Positions 61,401 to 64,000 of a stretch of DNA of 64,000 bases are shown in pieces. How positions within the stretch are numbered: the stretch's first letter is position 1; every line of letters starts with the position of its first letter. The notes under the pieces were generated by a model that saw only the letters and a program-made list of their open reading frames with translations, was not told the DNA's origin and ran no database searches. Made by a program: the position numbers and the translations under genes. The DNA comes from an uncultured Clostridia bacterium (GTDB lineage: Bacteria; Bacillota; Clostridia; Christensenellales; UBA1242): assembly GCA_948442695.1 (NCBI GenBank), contig CAOJSF010000003.1:46716-110715 (forward strand). The letters run 5' to 3'.

Positions 61401-64000
61401 TTCCACTGAAGCCTCCCTTTAAATGAAAAGAGAAACTTGTTGGAATATCAACGAGATGTGGAGTCAAGTCAACAAAAACATTATCTCTTTCAATGACAAG
61501 CACCACATAGCCACCAGGTCCAACAACATTGTCAAGAGTTACTTCATATTCCTTTTCATAGTAGAATGTGTCTCGAGTGAGTTCAATCTCATAATTACTG
61601 TTACTTTCTCCTGAATAATTCAACCAGTTAAGTCCTGTTTCAACTTTATCATAAAAATCATTGTTTTTGGTTTCATTTCCGTTGTATTCAAAGCCCTCTC
61701 CAGTTGACTCTAAAAAGTTTGGATATGGACCAGAAGATTTATTTGCTTGATTTCCTTTGAAATTGACAGATTTATCTATGGTTCCCCATTTATAACCACC
61801 TAAACGATAGCCTTTTGCGAGAGTGATTTTGAATTTATAACTATCACTGCCCTCAGCAAAATGGTCAGCGTTTTCATAGATTATGCCATCTTCAAGCATA
61901 CCTGCACTTGCCTCTTTAAGTCCTTCAATCTTTGCAACGCCGTTTTCATGGGCAATCATGCCTTTGATTTTGTCAACAGTAGAGAAATTGTTTTCAATCT
62001 TTCCGCCCTCTTGTAAAGAGTAAGCAAATCTTACACCAAAGTTTCTTTGAACCTGATCATTGTAAGTCCAGTCGAAATAGTAAGTCTCATTTTCATTGCT
62101 ACCTGCAGTCAGCATGTTTGGATAACTATTTTTAAAGTCATCAGCATTTTCAATGTTTACATCAACCTTTTGATCTTCTCCATTTTCATAACTTTTTGTA
62201 TAGAATTTTTCAAAGTTGTATCCTGCCCTTTGTTTCAGTCCAGGATATTTATCAAAGATTTCACAGAAAGGAGTGTCATAAGGGAGTTCGATAGTGGAAT
62301 TTCTATAACCATATCCATAATTGAAATTTGTTGAAATAGTCGCTTCATTGTAGACAATCTCATGAGTCATAAGTTTTAAACATACAGCAAGAAGTATATT
62401 TTCTGGAAATTGTTCTACTAGTTCTTCATCAAGTTCATCATAAACAGGATTCCCATTTTCATCAAGATGAACTTTCCATAAATAATCTATTAAAAATTGC
62501 TCATATTCAGAATAATGTTCAAAAATAAACTCTGGCAAAACAGCCTTCTTGCCTGGATTAATGATATATGGCTGTTTATCATCTTCAACATCAACTCTAT
62601 ATTTAGGCATTTGACTACTATAGATTCTAGAACGGTTTATATCTGCCACCTTATTGTTTTCACTGCCAGTGACTAAAAATCTAAAGTCCTTTTCATACCA
62701 GTCGTTATTGCCTGTTTTAAACTTTCCTTCGCCAGACTTTAAAACAATGACATAACCAAAACCTACCTCACCATAATATTTATTAACTTCGCCGATTTTA
62801 TCATAAGTAATTTGACTATTCACTTGTTCATAATAATTTTTATTAATAGTGCTTTCTCCATCAATAGTATTTCCAGTAAAGAAATAATATTTTTCCTCTC
62901 TTCTTTCTGCGTCATTCGATGCATTGCCTTGAAAATATCCGATAGAAGGCAAAGTTTCAGTCGAAGTCTTATCAAAGCAGTTTATAAAGACACTATTATT
63001 TGCCCTGCCAGCCAAAATCCCTTTTTTAACATTTGTATCTGTAATATTTGTAAGTATTTGGACGCTTCCATCCAAAATAAGGTCACAAATTGTTGCATCA
63101 TCAAGTGAGCAGAAAAGACCTCCTAATGAATTCATACTACCTTGAATTGTTACATCGGCAACCGTAATGTTTGAGATTGTATGCCCATTTCCATAAAACA
63201 CACCCAAAAAACTGTTTATAGGAGTCCATAAAGATTCCCTTAAATCAATGTCCGCTTCCAGTGAATAAGTCCCTATTGCAAATGCAGGGAAATAACTATA
63301 TCTGTCACCTTCTACAATTCTAGGGTAAACTATATTTTCATTGCCAAAAAGAGTTTTAATCGCAAATTTATTTTCATCATATGCCTCTTGTGACATAACT
63401 TCATTAAGAAAAGTCTGTTGTTGCTCTATGCTATCGAAGTATTCGTCGTGCAATTTAAAATAATCATAAAATTGAATCTGCAATGTCATTTCATAAAAAT
63501 CAGCATTTTCCAAAATATTTATATTGTTTGCAATCATTGTAAGATCATTTACATCATTGATTTCCATAAAATATTTTCTGCCATATTTTTCGATAGGCTG
63601 TCCATTTTCATCTTCATGATAAAAATATTTCAATCCGTAAATGTTTTCTATTGCATCTTTTCTTGCCTGCTCTCTTGCCAGTGCTAATTCTTCTTCGCCA
63701 GGCTCAGCATTTGTGCCATGCTCGTCCTTAAACTTTTTTATGTAATCATCAATATACTGGTCAATATAAAGGTTTATTGTGTGCTCAAAAGAATGATCAA
63801 TTATAAAATCATAATAATCGGCCATTGAAGTAAACTTTTTTTCCTGTTCACTCAAATAATCCTCTTCTGCCGCTTTCTTTGCTCTCATTTCCTCAACCTT
63901 AGCCTGAACTTTAGGATAAGCATCAAAAGGAAAACGGTCAAACATATATGTTGACGCAAAAGTACTTGAACTCAAATTGGAATTCAAACGATTTCTAAAT
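49420..64000 (-). CDS. giant repeat-rich surface protein (at least 4855 aa) with a C-terminal membrane anchor; 5' end outside window
   Basis: The frame stays open to base 64000, and the track start is a TTG. The C-terminus LNTVIIVVCVLIFVIILIVLIIILLTI plus RRKKK is an anchor. There are many F/Y-x-G-W/Y repeat signatures (GYVFSGWKI, FEFAGWMI, FTFTGYFT, YRFLYWID) like Listeria-Bacteroides-type repeats. NAGNYVL and SANYKVK segments resemble adhesin MBG-type repeats. Confidence 0.85.
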   Translation of the reverse strand, partial: FRNRLNSNLSSSTFASTYMFDRFPFDAYPKVQAKVEEMRAKKAAEEDYLSEQEKKFTSMADYYDFIIDHSFEHTINLYIDQYIDDYIKKFKDEHGTNAEPGEEELALAREQARKDAIENIYGLKYFYHEDENGQPIEKYGRKYFMEINDVNDLTMIANNINILENADFYEMTLQIQFYDYFKLHDEYFDSIEQQQTFLNEVMSQEAYDENKFAIKTLFGNENIVYPRIVEGDRYSYFPAFAIGTYSLEADIDLRESLWTPINSFLGVFYGNGHTISNITVADVTIQGSMNSLGGLFCSLDDATICDLILDGSVQILTNITDTNVKKGILAGRANNSVFINCFDKTSTETLPSIGYFQGNASNDAERREEKYYFFTGNTIDGESTINKNYYEQVNSQITYDKIGEVNKYYGEVGFGYVIVLKSGEGKFKTGNNDWYEKDFRFLVTGSENNKVADINRSRIYSSQMPKYRVDVEDDKQPYIINPGKKAVLPEFIFEHYSEYEQFLIDYLWKVHLDENGNPVYDELDEELVEQFPENILLAVCLKLMTHEIVYNEATISTNFNYGYGYRNSTIELPYDTPFCEIFDKYPGLKQRAGYNFEKFYTKSYENGEDQKVDVNIENADDFKNSYPNMLTAGSNENETYYFDWTYNDQVQRNFGVRFAYSLQEGGKIENNFSTVDKIKGMIAHENGVAKIEGLKEASAGMLEDGIIYENADHFAEGSDSYKFKITLAKGYRLGGYKWGTIDKSVNFKGNQANKSSGPYPNFLESTGEGFEYNGNETKNNDFYDKVETGLNWLNYSGESNSNYEIELTRDTFYYEKEYEVTLDNVVGPGGYVVLVIERDNVFVDLTPHLVDIPTSFSFHLKGGFSGINENGEILDYNGVKLNNKVEHEYYDEYVDNLDEYGFFIGQYPLNYIGYAKGRQHEKAFDTFLDENGNKVYPELYYNDDIFESDGTTNFFLMTRLGEDIELKISSETIGRFLLNIETDNFMLSNGGADESVFSTYKTSPSSDASSVFEGVDPENNFFDKWDVNLNNVKEYANTFRPYIGAPKTKIAINLYKGDVDNREALDDMTGVGVSINNSSYFQNVTGELFGMSATGVISSKKSGKYQAYKVVISDLLEGTDPPQYSRDPAVYSMIDSGEKYSDLYYNTSYISPAGNMLFKKAFTHEEAPLYVVDVYYKERAYDIKVEYYAGSNLTPVSQVEGDSAVIPSDSVDQIMAEFADNYFSQVSFGFSSPQLPSILAGGGKYNFSFMLSDVGRGALSYAGYELYQDGKLKVGFNNSGNPESWEKEGYTNSSLVEPANPGTAEGNFELSLGGYDTTIKIFFEYRTVSLLIDKVHVLDEEGYLGVGDKAILAYSIENLTYKIGADGALSLSNGSTQLASISIHSQFYLLGWYLQNGKSINVDSNGNFNGFLTDGEFVSGLAQMSADKEGTYVSNDVAALVGRRTVSAKYNAGTAEHGKLYENSDSRLNDENRVLVDAEDGTINRTFAGQNFKYNESISLSKYAFYNLGYSFNGYIPNGVTVNGTMVYFGNVDNDNMRYSISAQGWDELFKQAKNSDGIIINNISGDSFQAWNGLAESMLQRKAEVELICRWQIISYSAIIDETTIVSSSTTGKTGLSIGDTIYFTTTPVPNHKNGLATYVISGTTLSGQTIFGYYAKGFSLSQDEVKDGYVWSEQGEANKITITPEIFLSFIKDEYRFAVNSGDDNIFINTIREEADYLIYLDNSENDYYRYDWNENLDTNDYGEIIDGRIAIHVKFNNVAQNLLDAISDGVLVISRYGYSADVNLWSISSNGGQTVSMFKPQEKYLTTADISIVPTWIKDKENATKSEINFVEDVGETRNFYLLNDYNIITAKARGNHVEENINILSNPILKNGEQIVGVEYQVTLNGGEVKTFANIKDFNISNLDLSGGYLIKYIIKVKDTLTKYNDEGAYSIEYSDISRILTFNMVKNELYFFDHNLSSIYNASNDFSPSSTNNFGKFMLKYDWKGEDKTKNENLGQFTIGQTEEYFNRFEILGDFNASANANDKKDITLRLNPERPILGKEGANFANLIINVLPEDDGFKVELENVLTIEKAKFTIHFPNGSAYKFDNINALVYENLGNRHFSGDYANGKAFSYTFNKIMLLKNDAGFYTGSEDYNIDKDIFNIYGLEIEGDITSNYEWNIANFDIHGDSRFLLKGIDTAKGYTYNLAYLVANYGRLNSSLTSDYLGETDVFELSDLKINGKAYNLPQSNQGNVEIDGNILFSFVGNGTSMLKLFVNDEVMALYPFTVKLNIRLSQERANALKLLTLTNNTNMNLLEGVFDSWKDAGYVSTISPSVSDDQTNNYTAVLTDVVKVNVDYNTGMSNEGNRNETIYVSVSNNTLQYLNPIHNEGKYLTFNGYNQQRNSRFDITFDEDYTYFTVKNSGSVESITAKWQFSDFEFDVFGELSLFANESEIEQKLESFIRVDAPNGSTLNAQMLNSEKGIEFSFNSANGSFIIKDKDGMAGCDLSDTYTVSVTLTYNDGFGDQTLTKSGDVTLAIRKRMIYFYLESEDYTYNNSVQNVNLMIEDDGKLNNVNLQSIPKIDNSVNNRYNFHVNILDSSGQSAVLKNAGTYTIRAIVDSRLANIYQFENNEVTIDKQIVIKKYTISLQDFNDEINFVKYVGTNDPVLRHEVEIEHGDNSESVAILFGRENGGAVGSYLLINPEIIDEANRVNYALDLEGFEAYLEIQTPNANLQVELKERPQYVYNSLVVNRQVVTVENNKFILSLYHNDTLLDGVEFELYYLSVNGENVEKIYISDDAKFDHIKLMNFTFDSISANAGDYNLSVSLNAFEEFTYSGIEFVDKSLARLKIEKKTLNVTSVSKRFNRDEIIGRNDAVIEGIVEGEEVYLTGRYSQIIVGQNIKLLDVMLGGANAGNYVLASTNLFGQILTTEVESVAFDVINKVLTYGEIKDGITVEQAFALTNGYRFSIGNVTDDINKGYVQVSAVILNENDLSTGGYLKAGRRTIKFLFTSDNFTGLNSEGYEVTLNIEQLELDLSGLEIVKMYDENTLLPSDLSDNIDQFILTGDILSIDLAKGGYQTSEPGEDKAVTIVLKGEDSANYKVKDNVKGTIKAFSITVTVNATTEHTDLVSGGKFVNDKLLPTGDNATYIVDFPHNESVEEIYNSFKAPSRKGYVFSGWKIKDGDGYITFDTNNFESVMKALSLNSNEENLNLTIYAVWEIEKYEINISGLQIKNLTFTATNGSIIEIDGKKYIEYFSDVQIEVESVRGYKIRSYNLAIGQSQDKDLTDIGKNNGIIRFGKIASEIKLDVTFDQIQITFNIDPNLPQFTNRVDTNTLTQTFNYFDLQSMTRDDLASLKVTDGTYNFIGYSFEDVLLNENSLKELIDDIFEELDSDKTIVVKAGWQGERYIITFDPTEGIIEDEASKIVEGVYGEAISSMPSATLEGRAPLWKDKDGKTYAEGDPISTIGEKDEDDAYHITLTADWISQSFDVVITFDEGLTIKTNGQEIANGTSFGLVYGEDSLTLEITAKKGYGFIYNENSIKATIEEINGRIVIKNLFEDGVLHFTLEPNVNTLTLFNTNVDSFEAFVNGEEVESQTNILARTGEEVEIVYKAKKGYNFSDTSYSFRGDGKFTTTISEDGKTLTVVWSEFTANAIITVDAVPSINKVTIGDVSDIFMRLTFGTTNINLSGDTFMVKTGETFVIYGVMAYGYTAGIPNTGVVDYVVDGSVNNYYSEDDKYYHFTATIAGFDEDFAISFLAKARSFNFHISVMPGQEEYGQITCDSEQTVDFGSAIVLSQNTLLPNFEFAGWMIDEQIISKEGNINFIVSSAIKDALERNGENGIIEIFATFARKARDISLTARTTNNAETNKNGFVASQVDENISVEVNGTTNAKFFLGLNLDITLKIASGYELDYVLVDGSRIDLTDEKYHFDGNKFAIALDLNSTISSIEIVFKAGEIDVIVQAGTIINYVDNLGTDAGGCVWVVDKNGDRLGNDVYKEYQGKLLLGANYKILSHTDEVLYFEVEAKEGFTASISTSVGIIVNELNINDKKVYAVMGATNDSKITVLFTARENKLKVIFSNEGEEVKSVHGGVIVVDTKSALVSSNPSRGDNVNVSIVTGGTLNMTVSSMISYSLVTDEDGNIKYDIIGGEDNGNVIAGKVESQDPVQTGTGFTATANLTIRDVISDGTVVIYVKPKEYSVKFVVDVERDISVTMTEKVRYGEEWNLDSLSASDKGKIFASKKDFTFTGYFTAENSYGEQYIDRYGEVVMNWQHSGYTYDGSKYKAEGNFDPATDTFTLYAGWIFNRASVRVEVVPVTIANNNKDLNIRSFATNINSFDPWIGQEDLWYAEVGVGSELTFTAPKIDGYVFVGFTLQFEGGEEIAQNDNFKLTLEMGNYIVRARYNPTINIKIKNTNNGLANGGNSFARQDGGILNGNYDINKLLSLVAVPNTGYRFLYWIDNETEEIYQGSSNSNGEMVYEFTNLIDRPLSLTAVFEGRNILVNFESEILGASHKIIDVKVNGREVDYKNNFTALVGDTIVVRIKKTRGYGFDNSLFDCVYDEKNDCYVFTYTFAVEDLTEADNNYSLLLSIPVTKEDISMTFNTLIINPVDSKEPSRLGYLDYVIGANKTERIENGKPIVLKYGDTYNIRINPSANYAYQKAYLIIDGALYDVSKYVSSNILQINKEFMDRFFDYNMSFNIYFTRLLWTDEDARASAFVGNGTNKEPYKLASAKDFALMAYLVNNGLENEDGVKYSKCVYKVTNDIDFYGRFWEPVGTEENSFAGRVIIGKHTFKNVSHFKSYSSPSLSISGLFWHVSKDAKFEIDKQALNTVIIVVCVLIFVIILIVLIIILLTIRRKKKLEKLANQ

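Noticed and set aside
49630-63687. About 40 plus-strand ORFs of 60-156 aa antisense to the giant gene
   Set aside because: All of them lie inside a continuous 14.5-kb minus-strand ORF. They have low-complexity or odd composition and no RBS. They are typical shadow ORFs.
1-64000. Whether the whole organism uses genetic code 4 (TGA=Trp)
   Set aside because: rsmA, tatD, spmA and ORF 16391..16606 end at TGA. The tatD/rsmA and spmA/spmB pairs have ATGA overlaps. Reading through the rsmA TGA would add a long nonsense extension. All conserved genes, and the 14.5-kb ORF, are full length under the standard code with TGG for Trp.

Overview
This is chromosomal DNA from a low-GC (about 30% by eye) Bacillota-like bacterium, with most genes on the minus strand. 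The host uses TGA as a stop codon: rsmA, tatD, spmA and the 16391..16606 ORF all end in TGA.

Housekeeping genes I recognise:
- rsmA, tatD, spmA and spmB
- gltX, dnaB and typA
- rpmE, rpsR, ssb and rpsF
- tilS, a MurJ/SpoVB-type flippase, pnuC and rplI
- tRNA-Val(UAC)

Accessory content:
1. An integrative element of about 9.3 kb (roughly 577-9964) lies beside tRNA-Val. It carries a tyrosine integrase, regulators, small cargo genes, a decayed hicA/hicB pair, and two genes (xis-like and HUH Rep-like) that read through only if TGA codes for Trp.
2. A GC-rich, ORF-poor locus of about 590 nt has its own promoter and terminator. It looks like a large structured ncRNA that I cannot assign to a family.
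3. Three 9-nt G/C homopolymers occur in this AT-rich DNA: one in a promoter spacer and two inside coding sequence.
4. A BspA-type LRR gene is multiply disrupted.
5. Three tandem paralogs share a duplicated promoter and sit next to a divergent short AraC-type regulator.
6. A surface protein of at least 4855 aa with a C-terminal membrane anchor runs off the window edge.

I saw no CRISPR array, rRNA or recognisable known defence system. Every family assignment rests on motifs read by eye from the translations, and no database search was possible.
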